Positions 10,280-20,492 of a stretch of DNA of 64,000 nt are shown here, piece by piece. Under the pieces are notes generated by a model, which saw only the letters and a list, made by a program, of their open reading frames with translations, ran no database searches and was not told the DNA's origin. The position numbers and the translations under genes are program-made. This stretch comes from Spirochaetota bacterium (lineage in GTDB: Bacteria; Spirochaetota; GWB1-36-13; JAKPDD01). The first letter of the stretch is position 1. Every line of letters starts with the position of its first letter. The DNA is taken from NCBI GenBank assembly GCA_029552945.1, contig JAKPDD010000032.1, positions 142,377 through 206,376 of the forward strand, written 5' to 3'.

Positions 10280-11077
10280 TTATTCCTCCTCAGTTCCTAA
10301 ATATGCTTCAATAACAGCAGGGTTATTTTGAACCTCTGCTGGTTTTCCTTCAGCTATTTGTTTACCAAAGCTTAACACATATATATACTCTGATATATCC
10401 ATTACAAGACTCATATCATGTTCAACTACAAGCAATGTTATTCCCATTTCATCTCTTATTTTCCTTAATACTAGTGAAAGCTCTTTCGTTTCTTTATTAT
10501 TAAGCCCTGCTGCTGGCTCATCAAGCATTAAAAACTTTGGTTTAGTTATAAGTGCCCTTGCAAGTTCAACAAGTTTTCTTGTACCATAAGGAAGTATACT
10601 TACAAATAGGTTTTCAATACCTCTTATCCCCAATATTTCTAAAACTTTTAAAGCTTCTTGGGTTGCTTCTTTTTCAACCTTTTTTGTGGAAGGAAGATAT
10701 AATATATCAGAGAAAAAGGATGCAAAACCACCAATTACAGGTAAATTGACAGGTTTTATTTTTGTATGTTGAGCAACAAGAAGATTATTTAGTACTGTCA
10801 TATTATCAAATAGTTCAAGGTTCTGAAATGATCTTGCCATGCCAAGTTTAACTATCTCATGAGGTTCATATTTTAACAGGTCATGACCATTAAACCTAAG
10901 TTCTCCCTCAGTAGGTTCATATATTCTTGTAACAACATTAAAAAACGTTGATTTACCAGCACCATTAGGACCAATTAGTGATACTATTGACCCCTCTTCT
11001 ATTTTTATACTTACATTATCAAGGGCTCTCAAACCCCCAAATTGCATAACAAGTTCTTTAACTTCTAATAAAGCCAT
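10280..11077 (-). CDS. livG: branched-chain amino acid ABC transporter ATP-binding protein LivG
   Basis: QFGGLRALDNVS, GPNGAGKST, and a LivG-type C-terminus. Confidence 0.8.
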   Translation of the reverse strand: MALLEVKELVMQFGGLRALDNVSIKIEEGSIVSLIGPNGAGKSTFFNVVTRIYEPTEGELRFNGHDLLKYEPHEIVKLGMARSFQNLELFDNMTVLNNLLVAQHTKIKPVNLPVIGGFASFFSDILYLPSTKKVEKEATQEALKVLEILGIRGIENLFVSILPYGTRKLVELARALITKPKFLMLDEPAAGLNNKETKELSLVLRKIRDEMGITLLVVEHDMSLVMDISEYIYVLSFGKQIAEGKPAEVQNNPAVIEAYLGTEEE

Positions 11078-11094
11078 AACAAACTCCTTTCCTT

Positions 11095-12243
11095 TTATTT
11101 TTTAACAAATCCAGATTTCTTCTGCATAATCTTAAGTTTAAACTGATAAAGCATATATACAATACCTTTAGGAGCAAATATTATCATAAGTATAACAGCT
11201 ATACCCATTATAGCAAGTGCCAAAGCCTGATATTTTTGAGGCAATATTGTTTTTATAATTTTCATATCAAGTAATTGATAAAGAGTAGCACCTATTATTG
11301 ATCCCTGTATAGTACCTACCCCACCTATAACTATCATAGCTAATACATACAAAGATACAGTAAGCATAAAGCTAGCTTCATCAACTGTACCTATTGTTAT
11401 CGCAAATATACCCCCCGCAATACCTGCTATAAAAGCACTTAAACCAAATGCTATGTTTTTATATAAAGCTATATTAACACCTAAAGTCCTTGCTGCAACT
11501 TCACTATCTCTTATACCACCTAATGCTCTTCCAACTTTTGTTTTCAAGAGGTTCCTTACCATAAGCACAATAAGATATAAAACCAATAAAGTAATAAAAA
11601 ACCCAGCTATGGCTGGTATGTTTGATGCAATATCTTGTAAATAGTTAAAAATAAAAGGTTTTGTTCCACTAGTTAGACTTACATAGTCCCAATAAGCTAA
11701 CTTTTCTCTTAATGCATAGTTTATACTATCTACCATTGAAGTTACAGTATACTTTATAGGAACAGTAGCTCCGGGGAACATATGTTTAAGTTCATTTTTA
11801 ATTATGTTTTCTACAACTATATGCAAGCCAAGAGTAGCGATACCAAGGAAGTGCCCTTTTAATCTTAATATAGGGGTACCTATAATAAATGCAAGTATTG
11901 ATACAGAAATTCCGCCCAGTATAATAGAAATAAGTATTGGGACACCAGCTTTTACACTCAATATAGCAGTAGCATAAGCACCAAGAGCATAAAAAGCAGC
12001 ATGTCCAAGTGATATCTGACCCGCATTACCTAATAACAGGTTAAGCCCCATAGCTAGAATAGAATATAATAGTGCAGAGTTTAATGCAGAAAGCCAACTT
12101 GTAGCAGTAAAAGGTAATGTTATAACAAATAAAAAAGCTAATAACTTATAGGTTTTTTTAGTAGATGGAGTGTCTTTTATAAAAGCCATAAGAAATAAGA
12201 CAACTCCAATAATAAGCCAAATCCAAACTAATATAGCACTCAT
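11095..12243 (-). CDS. livM: branched-chain amino acid ABC transporter permease LivM
   Basis: Polytopic permease with a LivM-like conserved core (GQISLGHAAF...GAY). Confidence 0.75.
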   Translation of the reverse strand: MSAILVWIWLIIGVVLFLMAFIKDTPSTKKTYKLLAFLFVITLPFTATSWLSALNSALLYSILAMGLNLLLGNAGQISLGHAAFYALGAYATAILSVKAGVPILISIILGGISVSILAFIIGTPILRLKGHFLGIATLGLHIVVENIIKNELKHMFPGATVPIKYTVTSMVDSINYALREKLAYWDYVSLTSGTKPFIFNYLQDIASNIPAIAGFFITLLVLYLIVLMVRNLLKTKVGRALGGIRDSEVAARTLGVNIALYKNIAFGLSAFIAGIAGGIFAITIGTVDEASFMLTVSLYVLAMIVIGGVGTIQGSIIGATLYQLLDMKIIKTILPQKYQALALAIMGIAVILMIIFAPKGIVYMLYQFKLKIMQKKSGFVKK

Positions 12244-12271
12244 TTTTTTCTCCTTACTCTATAATTTAAAC

Positions 12272-13441
12272 TTAAACTTTTTTAACTGTTTTTGTTTTAA
12301 CCAAAAGACCTTCAGGTTTAACTATCAATACAATAAGTATTATGAGAAATGATAATATTTCTTTAATATTTGTTATAAGACCAAGTACATAATCTATAAT
12401 TCCTAAGAGGAAACCACCGAGCACTGCACCAGGCAAGCTTGAAAACCCACCTAATATTGCTGCTGAAAAGCCCTTTAACATTAAGTTAGCTGTAGAGTAT
12501 AGATTAATAGTTTTACCTGCAAGATAAAAAATACCAGCAAGGCCACCTAGCATTACTGATATAGCCCAACTCATTATAAAAACCATATTAACATTTATAC
12601 CCATTAGCCTTGAAGTAGTTTGACTCTGAGCAGTAGCTCTTAACGCAATCCCCAACAATGTATATTTAAAAAGAGCAAATATTACAAGCATTATCAATAC
12701 TGTAACAACTAATGATAAAATCCCATCTATAGGGAAAGCTATACTTTCTCCAAGTTTAATATTACCACCTATTATTTCTGGCAATCTATGTTCTTCCTGA
12801 TCCCAGTAAAGTTGCCCTGCAGCTAGGTTAGTATAAAACATCCCTAACCCGAGAGTAAGTATAATCTGTGATATAGGATGCTGCTTTTGAACTGGCTTTA
12901 TAAAAACAGTTTCTGTAAAAACACCAAAAGCACCAGACAATAGAAGTGCTAATACTATAGCAATACCTATAGGCATAATAGCCCCACCTTCTGGTAAACC
13001 TATAGCAGTTATAAAGTGTTCTCCCAACAAAGTTAACACGAAAAATACTGAATAAGAAGCCATATCAGCCTGAGCAAAGTTAACAAGATCAGTAGTTCTG
13101 AAAATAAGAATTATTGCAAATGCCATAAGAGCAAAATAACTACCTGAAATTGAACCATTTATTATAGCGTTTACAACACCACTAAAACTATTAATATTCA
13201 TAAAGACATAACCTATTATTATTCCCCAAAAACCACCCCATAAAACTCTATTTATATTCTTTTTCCATGGGTGTCTTAACTTTTCAAGGGCATAATATAA
13301 ATGATAGGAAGGGATAAAACAGAAAAGCCCTCTTTTTAAAGTGTCTTTAAAAGCAAGATAAAAGACAAAAATAGTTGCACCTATAAAAACTATTAGTCCA
13401 ATATTTTTTAATATAGAGCCCAGATAAAAAATCACCGACAT
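12272..13441 (-). CDS. livH: branched-chain amino acid ABC transporter permease LivH, with an extra N-terminal extension of about 85 aa containing TM helices
   Basis: The canonical LivH core begins around residue 87 (GSYFALMAFAIILIF...). The preceding 85 aa form additional hydrophobic helices. Confidence 0.75.
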   Translation of the reverse strand: MSVIFYLGSILKNIGLIVFIGATIFVFYLAFKDTLKRGLFCFIPSYHLYYALEKLRHPWKKNINRVLWGGFWGIIIGYVFMNINSFSGVVNAIINGSISGSYFALMAFAIILIFRTTDLVNFAQADMASYSVFFVLTLLGEHFITAIGLPEGGAIMPIGIAIVLALLLSGAFGVFTETVFIKPVQKQHPISQIILTLGLGMFYTNLAAGQLYWDQEEHRLPEIIGGNIKLGESIAFPIDGILSLVVTVLIMLVIFALFKYTLLGIALRATAQSQTTSRLMGINVNMVFIMSWAISVMLGGLAGIFYLAGKTINLYSTANLMLKGFSAAILGGFSSLPGAVLGGFLLGIIDYVLGLITNIKEILSFLIILIVLIVKPEGLLVKTKTVKKV

Positions 13442-13484
13442 ATATAACTCCTTTAAATTTTATTTTATATATTATATAAAAATT

Positions 13485-14630
13485 TTAACCACCGTTTTTA
13501 TTTTCATCTATTTTTGTATGTTTATCAAGCCAGGAAAGTATTTTAGTCCATCCTACCTGTTGAGCCATTGGTTCAAAAGCAAGCCCAACATGTCCACCTG
13601 GAATTATTTCAAAAACATTTTCTTTTGCCCCAACATATTCATTAATAATCTTTGTAGAATCTATCGGCACTAAGTGATCTAGTTGTGCTGCAAGGTTAAT
13701 ATAGGGGCATTTTATATTTTTAAGATTAACTGATTTCCCATTTATAGTTAATTTACCATTAAAAAGATTATTATTTTGAAAAACATTTTCTATATATTGT
13801 TTAAAAACAGTTCCAGGAAAATCAATATTATCATTCATCCATTTTTCTACAAGTAGATACAATTGAATAAACTGAGGATTATTAAGATTTTCATAATATA
13901 TACTATTTTTCATAAACTCTCTATCAGCATATATCTCTATTACTCCATATCTTATAAACTTTCCAGGAATATTACCAAAAGCAGAAATTATTTTATCAGC
14001 ATCAAAATATTCTTTATTAGACCATAGAGCCAGCATACCACCTTTTGAACTATCACCCGGCGTTGTTAAAGTTGCAAGTGAATTAATCTTATCATTATGG
14101 ATAGCAGCATATATAAGAGCAAGTGATCCACCTATACACCATCCAAACATATTTAATTTTTCACAACCTGTTATATCTAATGCCTTATTTACAGCCGAAT
14201 CTATATAATGGTCTATATAAAAGTCCAATGTTAAAAACCTATCTTCATCATTAGGTTCACCCCAATCAATAAGAAAAACATCGTGCCCATTTTTGACTAA
14301 AAACTCTATAACACTATTACCTGGTCTTAAGTCCAATATATATGGCCTATTAATAAGAGCATATATAATAAGAAGGGGAGGTTTTTTAGGGCTATCGACC
14401 ACTTTTTTATACCTATAAAGCTTTATGTGCCCCTCTTCCCAAACCACATCTTTTGGTGTCAGTCCAACCTGAGGTAAGTCTTCAGGTGCTCTTAAATATT
14501 CAAACCTATATCCTGGAGTTATATCTGATAATTTAAATGAGCCATCTCTTATTCTAGCTGGTATAACTAACATTTCATTTATTAAAATATCTTGAATTTT
14601 TGATATAAACTTTTTATCCCATAATATCAT
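13485..14630 (-). CDS. phaC: class III poly(3-hydroxyalkanoate) synthase catalytic subunit PhaC
   Basis: Lipase box with a Cys nucleophile (GWCIGGS). Recognised from memory of class III PhaC blocks: LIDWGEPNDEDR, GNIPG, NNNLFNG, QLDHLVP and PGGHVG. Confidence 0.65.
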   Translation of the reverse strand: MILWDKKFISKIQDILINEMLVIPARIRDGSFKLSDITPGYRFEYLRAPEDLPQVGLTPKDVVWEEGHIKLYRYKKVVDSPKKPPLLIIYALINRPYILDLRPGNSVIEFLVKNGHDVFLIDWGEPNDEDRFLTLDFYIDHYIDSAVNKALDITGCEKLNMFGWCIGGSLALIYAAIHNDKINSLATLTTPGDSSKGGMLALWSNKEYFDADKIISAFGNIPGKFIRYGVIEIYADREFMKNSIYYENLNNPQFIQLYLLVEKWMNDNIDFPGTVFKQYIENVFQNNNLFNGKLTINGKSVNLKNIKCPYINLAAQLDHLVPIDSTKIINEYVGAKENVFEIIPGGHVGLAFEPMAQQVGWTKILSWLDKHTKIDENKNGG

Positions 14631-14726
14631 ATTGCTACCCTTTTTACTAATTTATTTATACTTATAGCAATCCTAAGAAAAAAATAATAATAAAATAAAT
14701 TTTGTCAATATTTTTTGTCAAAAATT

Positions 14727-16202
14727 TTAATTTGTTTTATGAAAAATTATTTCAAATTTTATATTAGGATAATCCATATTTAAAGTACCATAAGTTTTCT
14801 GATACTTCTTAACAATCTCCAAAAACCTATCATTTCCCAAAAACGGGTGATTACCATAGCCAAGATCAAGATAAAACTCAACCTGACCTTTTTTTAAATC
14901 AGCTATTGATCTCTGATATTCCTTTTGTGTTACTATTGGGACATCTGACATTTTTATAAATTTTATTATCTGTTCAGGACTATTTGATATCAATAAATAA
15001 TCTTTAAATATAGTAAAGAAAGGCATCTTTATACTTGGTGCAAAAAGTGATTTCAAGATACCTATTATTCCAGGAAGTTCAATAGCTGTTATTTCTATAT
15101 TATTAACAACTTTTTTTTCACCAATAAAGTTTGTAAAAACTTTCAAGAATTTATCTTTATCCTTGACCTCAACAATAAATACTGGCTCATCATTTAATAT
15201 AACACTACCTATATTTTGTCCAATCCATGAAAAAAAAAGGTCTTCAAATTCCTGTTCACTTAACCTCTTAGCAACACCAGTAGCCATAACAAGCCTGTCA
15301 AATAAATCTGGATAATCCTTTAATATAACTACCAAATACCTGTAAAGATTTTGAAAATCATTAAGTGATAGTGATACAAATGCTTCAGACCTTGCCGGTA
15401 TAAAATCAGAAAGATTTGAACTACCCATCTCTAAAGAAAGTAATTTCTCGTATACCTTTTGTTTATAGGTCTGAGGATTTTTAGAAATAATATCAAGTTC
15501 AAGTTTTATAAATTCTTCTTCAAAAAATAGGCTTATTGTTCCATAATCGATTTGCTGAGTTATTGGCAATAAAAATTCAAGTTGAGGGTAAAAAGATATT
15601 AAATCCTTAATAAGGTTATGTGGCATAAAAAAAGAAAATATATCACCTCTTGGTTTAATAGAAATATCTTCTTTATCTTCCATATATATATTAGCTTTTG
15701 CAGCAAGCAGAGCTTTCAAAGTGGGGCTTATTATCAAGAGATTCCTTTTTTTAGATAAAAACCCCAAAGTTTCATTTCTATTTTTTATTATTAATGCATC
15801 TTCATCCATTTTTGACAATTCATTATTATATTCAAGATAAATACCTTCTTTATTCAAAAACATATCCTTTAAAATAAGAGCAAGACTTAATAGCCCCCTA
15901 TAATATTTTGTATCAATTATTATTATAGGCCCTTCTGCAAGTTTTGCAGCAACTATCTGTATATTAGGTATTATTGGAATAAATTTTTCAAGTGGTTTAA
16001 TAAATGGAAAATTATTTTTAAGTATATCTTTATTTGTTTTAAATATTTTCTTAGGCTCTTTAATAGCAATAAAGGTCTGAACATAAGGAGGCAATGCTTT
16101 TTTGTAAGAGAAATTAGTTAACAAACAAAACACAAAATATATAGACATAATAAAAAAGAATATTACCAGACTATACTTTATAAACTTCTTCATTATAATC
16201 AC
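14727..16202 (-). CDS. hypothetical membrane-anchored protein (N-terminal TM helix, about 460-aa soluble part)
   Basis: Long ORF with coding-like composition and an N-terminal hydrophobic segment; no motif I can name. The 3' end overlaps the start of the radical SAM gene upstream. Confidence 0.45.
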   Translation of the reverse strand: MIIMKKFIKYSLVIFFFIMSIYFVFCLLTNFSYKKALPPYVQTFIAIKEPKKIFKTNKDILKNNFPFIKPLEKFIPIIPNIQIVAAKLAEGPIIIIDTKYYRGLLSLALILKDMFLNKEGIYLEYNNELSKMDEDALIIKNRNETLGFLSKKRNLLIISPTLKALLAAKANIYMEDKEDISIKPRGDIFSFFMPHNLIKDLISFYPQLEFLLPITQQIDYGTISLFFEEEFIKLELDIISKNPQTYKQKVYEKLLSLEMGSSNLSDFIPARSEAFVSLSLNDFQNLYRYLVVILKDYPDLFDRLVMATGVAKRLSEQEFEDLFFSWIGQNIGSVILNDEPVFIVEVKDKDKFLKVFTNFIGEKKVVNNIEITAIELPGIIGILKSLFAPSIKMPFFTIFKDYLLISNSPEQIIKFIKMSDVPIVTQKEYQRSIADLKKGQVEFYLDLGYGNHPFLGNDRFLEIVKKYQKTYGTLNMDYPNIKFEIIFHKTN

Positions 16203-17091
16203 TACCCTGAATAATATTTTTTTCTTTTAAAAATATATCTAACATTTGTTTCTTATTCAAATTTTCTTTAGGTGCAACTATATAACCAGGATTTGTAGTG
16301 TTATAAAGTCTTTGAATAATTATTGCAGGAGAAAGAATTTTAAGTGCTTCGCCTAAAATACCTAAATAATCCTGAAAAATCATAATTTCTATTTTCCCTT
16401 CATAATATTCTTTTTCAAATTGAGTATTTTTTACTATTTCAAGTTGGTGAAACTTAATAGCATCTGGTTTAAGCCTATTAATCTCTTTTACAGTATTTAT
16501 CATCATTTCTTTATTCTCACCAGGCAATCCAAAAATTACATGAAAACATACATAACAATCCCTGACTCTTTCTCTTAATTTATAATAACCATTTTTAAAC
16601 TCTTCATAAGTATGCCCTCTATTTATTCTTTTCAAAGTAGTATCATAAATAGATTCAAGCCCAAGCTCAATCCAAAGCATTGTTTTTTTTGAAATTTCAC
16701 TTAACAAATCAAGAACATCTTCTGGGAGACAATCAGCCCTTGTGCCTATAGAAATACCTAATATATCTTTCTCTTCTAATGCCTCACAATACAACTTTTT
16801 TAAAACTGAAACATTTGCATATGTATTTGTAAAAGATTGAAAATAAGCTATAAAACCTTTTGGTTTCCTACTTTTAAGTCTCTCTTTCCCAAGTCTTATC
16901 TGTTCTTTAACACTTTCTCTTGTCCTTGATCCAGAAAATGAAGAGTTATTACAAAAATAACATCCGCCAAATCCTTTACTACCATCTCTATTAGGACATG
17001 TAAAACCTGCATCTATACTTATTTTATAAACCGAGCCACCAAACTTTTTTTTAAGAAAAGATGAGAAAGAATAGTACCTATTTTCAAACAT
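16171..17091 (-). CDS. radical SAM protein, TIGR01212 (YhcC-like) family
   Basis: TCPNRDGSKGFGGCYFC cysteine motif near the N-terminus, characteristic of this family. Confidence 0.75.
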   Translation of the reverse strand: MFENRYYSFSSFLKKKFGGSVYKISIDAGFTCPNRDGSKGFGGCYFCNNSSFSGSRTRESVKEQIRLGKERLKSRKPKGFIAYFQSFTNTYANVSVLKKLYCEALEEKDILGISIGTRADCLPEDVLDLLSEISKKTMLWIELGLESIYDTTLKRINRGHTYEEFKNGYYKLRERVRDCYVCFHVIFGLPGENKEMMINTVKEINRLKPDAIKFHQLEIVKNTQFEKEYYEGKIEIMIFQDYLGILGEALKILSPAIIIQRLYNTTNPGYIVAPKENLNKKQMLDIFLKEKNIIQGSDYNEEVYKV

Positions 17092-17296
17092 GTTTTTATA
17101 AGCCTTTTTTATTTTTTAAAATTTAAATCTTAAGAAATTTAAATGATTTATCTAAAAAATTTTTAAATTAATTTAGATTAAAAAATAATTACTCACTTAT
17201 AGTGGATTTATAACTTCTAACTGAATTAAACTATTAGTTAAAGCTTAATTTATGAATCAAAATTAAGATACTGCTTAAATAGAAATAAATTATTTT

Positions 17297-17313
17297 AGGG
17301 GGATTCCCCCTAA
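17297..17313 (-). terminator. hairpin terminator downstream of acpP
   Basis: GGGGGATTCCCCC palindrome flanked by A/T runs, immediately 3' of the acpP stop on the minus strand. Confidence 0.5.
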
Positions 17314-17317
17314 AAAA

Positions 17318-17551
17318 TTAACCTATCTTTTTTTCTATATACTTTACAAGATCGCCAACTGTTTTTAATTCTTTGATTTCCTCTTCTGGGAATTTGATAT
17401 CAAATTCTTCTTCAAGAGCCATTACAGTCTCCATAACATCAAGAGAGTCTGCTCCAAGATCATCAATTATATTAGACTCCATTTTAATTTCATCTTCAGA
17501 TAAATTAAGATTTTCTGCTATTATTTCTCTTACTTTTTCAAAGACTGCCAT
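17318..17551 (-). CDS. acpP: acyl carrier protein
   Basis: 77 aa with the [20 protein letters not shown] phosphopantetheine-attachment motif and an AGGAGG RBS. Confidence 0.9.
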   Translation of the reverse strand: MAVFEKVREIIAENLNLSEDEIKMESNIIDDLGADSLDVMETVMALEEEFDIKFPEEEIKELKTVGDLVKYIEKKIG

Positions 17552-17637
17552 TTAATTTTCCTCCTTAGGTAATTTACAAAATATTTTTATTTTAATGAGT
17601 TTAAAAATTTAATTTCAACTTAAAAAAAAACAAAAAA

Positions 17638-18846
17638 TTAATCATTTATCTTTAAAAACTTTTTTTTACCTACTTTTATAACACATTTTACAGAAGAATC
17701 AAGTTCAATATCTTTATCAATCTTTTCACCGTTTATATATATAGCCCCTTGTTTAATAAGTCTTTTTACCTCTCCTTTTGATTCAACAATATTGTTCTCA
17801 ACAAGTATATCTATAACACTTCTCGGTTGAGTCAAATTAATAGTTGGAGTATTATCCGGAATCGATAACTTTTTACTAAAGACTTCTAAAAACTCTTCTT
17901 TTGCTCTTTTCCCTGTTTCATAATCATAATACTGTGAAACTATTGTCTCCCCTAACAAAAGTTTTATATCTCTTGGGTTATCACCGTGTTCTAATCTGTT
18001 TTTAAGTTCCATAATTTCATCAGGGGTAAAATCTGTTGCAAGCTCAAAATACTTTATTATAAGTTCATCGGGTATTGACATAATTTTACCAAAAATCTGT
18101 GTAGGACTTTCATTTATACCAATATAATTCCCTAAAGACTTACTCATCTTGTTTACTCCGTCAGTACCTTCTAATAATGGGAGAGTCATTACAACCTGAG
18201 GTTCCATGCCATATTCTCTTTGTATATCCCTACCAACAAGAAGATTAAATTTTTGATCAGTCCCCCCTATTTCAATATCAGCCTTAATTACAACAGAATC
18301 ATACCCTTGCATCAACGGGTATAAAAACTCCATAATAGATATTGGTCGCCCATCTTTGTACCTTTTACTGAAATCATCTCTCTCAAGCATTTTAGCAACA
18401 GTATATTTTGAAGTAAGCTCAAGAACTTCAGAAAAATTAATCTTTTCAAACCATTCTGAGTTATATCTTATTTCAGTCTTTTCAGGGTCCAATATTTTAA
18501 ATGCTTGTTCTTTATAAGTTTTTGCATTTTTTTCAACTTCCTCTTTAGTCAATTTTTTTCTTGTAGACGACTTACCCGAAGGATCTCCTATCCTGCCTGT
18601 AAAATCTCCAATTATAAAAACTATTTTATGCCCAAGGTCTTGAAAGTGTTTAAGCTTTCTTAAAACAACAGTATGACCTAAGTGTATATCAGGTGAAGAA
18701 GGATCAACACCTAATTTTACTCTTAATTGTCTCCCATCTTTCTGAGCCTGTAAAATCTTATTTTTAAGACCATCCTCTGGTATTACTTCAACAACACCTT
18801 TTAGTAGATAATTTATATCTTTCTCTAAACTCATATCCAACTCCAT
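17638..18846 (-). CDS. tyrS: tyrosine--tRNA ligase
   Basis: HIGH-type motif (PDIHLGH), KMSKS motif, and a C-terminal S4 domain. Confidence 0.9.
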   Translation of the reverse strand: MELDMSLEKDINYLLKGVVEVIPEDGLKNKILQAQKDGRQLRVKLGVDPSSPDIHLGHTVVLRKLKHFQDLGHKIVFIIGDFTGRIGDPSGKSSTRKKLTKEEVEKNAKTYKEQAFKILDPEKTEIRYNSEWFEKINFSEVLELTSKYTVAKMLERDDFSKRYKDGRPISIMEFLYPLMQGYDSVVIKADIEIGGTDQKFNLLVGRDIQREYGMEPQVVMTLPLLEGTDGVNKMSKSLGNYIGINESPTQIFGKIMSIPDELIIKYFELATDFTPDEIMELKNRLEHGDNPRDIKLLLGETIVSQYYDYETGKRAKEEFLEVFSKKLSIPDNTPTINLTQPRSVIDILVENNIVESKGEVKRLIKQGAIYINGEKIDKDIELDSSVKCVIKVGKKKFLKIND

Positions 18847-18963
18847 TTTTTATCTTTAAAATTTAAAAAAACAATAATTTAGTTTTATGATTTTAAAAAC
18901 ATTTTAATTATTTTTATAGTTAATTTATAATATTTAAAAATTAATAAACAGTAAGAGGTATTT

Positions 18964-20412
18964 ATGCCTGAAAAAGTTCATGTTATGAAATTTCCTTTCA
19001 TAGATCATGAAGTTGAGATTTTAATAGAAGAAAAACTATTAAAATATCTCAAAGAAATTTCAAGAGATGACCTATTTGAAGCATTAAATTACATAATAAA
19101 AGAACTTTCAAGTAATGCTAATAAAGCAAATCTAAAAAGAATACATTTTAGAAGAAAAGGTTTAGATATAAATAATAAAGAACATTATTCAATAGGTGTA
19201 AAGGATTTCTCAAAAGAGATAAATGAAAAATCAGAATTGTATTTTAACCTTGCAAAAGAGATGGGATTTTTTGTAAAAATAGAGATGTACATAGAAAACA
19301 ACAACCTTGTTATAAATATTATTGACAATAGCCCTATACTGCCCTTTGAAATTGAAAGAATAAGAGAAAAGTTTAAAAGAGCATATAGATTCAAAACTCT
19401 TGATGAAGTTTTTAAAGAAGGTATTGACTTTACCGAGGGTGGAGGGCTTGGACTAATAGTAGTTATTCTTATGTTAAGAAAAATAGGACTTGATGAAAAA
19501 GTCATGAAAATACTTACAAACAATGAAAAAACACATACAAGACTTGAAATACCGTTAAGTATTGTAACATCTCTGGAAAGTGATATTATTGCAGAAACCA
19601 TAGCCAAAGAAATAGAAGATATTCCTCAATTCCCACCACATATATTACAACTTCAAAAAATATTAGGTAATCCTAACTCTAACTTTAAAGATGTATCTGA
19701 GATAATCCAGAGAGACCCTGCACTTATTGCTGATATACTTAAAACTGCAAACTCTGTATTATATGCCATGCCAAATAAAGTAAATACGATAGAAGAAGCT
19801 GTTAAAATAATGGGTTTTAATGGCATAAGGAATTTAATTACAGTTTATACAACAAAAAAAATCTTAATGAATAATTATAGGCTGGATATAATAGAAAACA
19901 TTATGGCACATTCAGCAGAAGTTGCTTTTTATTCCTATGAAATAGCTAGATTATATGGTATAAGAAAAAATATTGATGAGATTTACACAGGTGGAATTTT
20001 ACATGATATAGGTAAAATAATCTTGAATGCATTAAGACCAGATATACTTGATAACATAAAAACAATATGTAGAGAAAAAGGTATTCCTTCATACATACTT
20101 GAAGACTTAACAAATGGTTATAACCATTCAATAATAGGAGGAAAACTCTCTGAGAAATGGGGTTTCTCAGAAATACTAACATCTATAATACGGTATCATC
20201 ATATACCATTGGATGCAAAGGATGAATATATAGAACCAGTTTCAATAGTCTATTTATCAGATATAATATACTACTACAAAAGGCAAGAAGTTATGTTTAA
20301 TGACCTTAATTTCAGAGTAAAAAACATGTTCAATTTTTCAGATAAGTCTGACTTTGATAAACTGGCTAATAGTTTGATTTCAAAGTTTGATAAAAAATTA
20401 TCAAATTGGTAA
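18964..20412 (+). CDS. signalling protein: N-terminal histidine-kinase-like ATPase (HATPase_c-like) domain fused to a C-terminal HDOD domain
   Basis: G2-box-like GGGLGL in the N-terminal half. C-terminal half has DPALIADILKTANSVLYAMPNKVNTIEEAVKIMGFNGIRNL and HD residues (HSAEV...GILHDIGK) typical of HDOD. Confidence 0.6.
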   Translation: MPEKVHVMKFPFIDHEVEILIEEKLLKYLKEISRDDLFEALNYIIKELSSNANKANLKRIHFRRKGLDINNKEHYSIGVKDFSKEINEKSELYFNLAKEMGFFVKIEMYIENNNLVINIIDNSPILPFEIERIREKFKRAYRFKTLDEVFKEGIDFTEGGGLGLIVVILMLRKIGLDEKVMKILTNNEKTHTRLEIPLSIVTSLESDIIAETIAKEIEDIPQFPPHILQLQKILGNPNSNFKDVSEIIQRDPALIADILKTANSVLYAMPNKVNTIEEAVKIMGFNGIRNLITVYTTKKILMNNYRLDIIENIMAHSAEVAFYSYEIARLYGIRKNIDEIYTGGILHDIGKIILNALRPDILDNIKTICREKGIPSYILEDLTNGYNHSIIGGKLSEKWGFSEILTSIIRYHHIPLDAKDEYIEPVSIVYLSDIIYYYKRQEVMFNDLNFRVKNMFNFSDKSDFDKLANSLISKFDKKLSNW

Positions 20413-20492
20413 TAATAGACAATTATGATAAATTATTAGGTTTATTACTAAAATCTTTAAAATTTTAAAACAAAATTTTAGATTATTTAATA

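Noticed and set aside
18847-18963. T-box leader for tyrS
   Set aside because: The intergenic region is about 117 nt, far too short for a T-box of about 250 nt, and no T-box consensus (AATTAGGGTGGNACCGCG) is visible.
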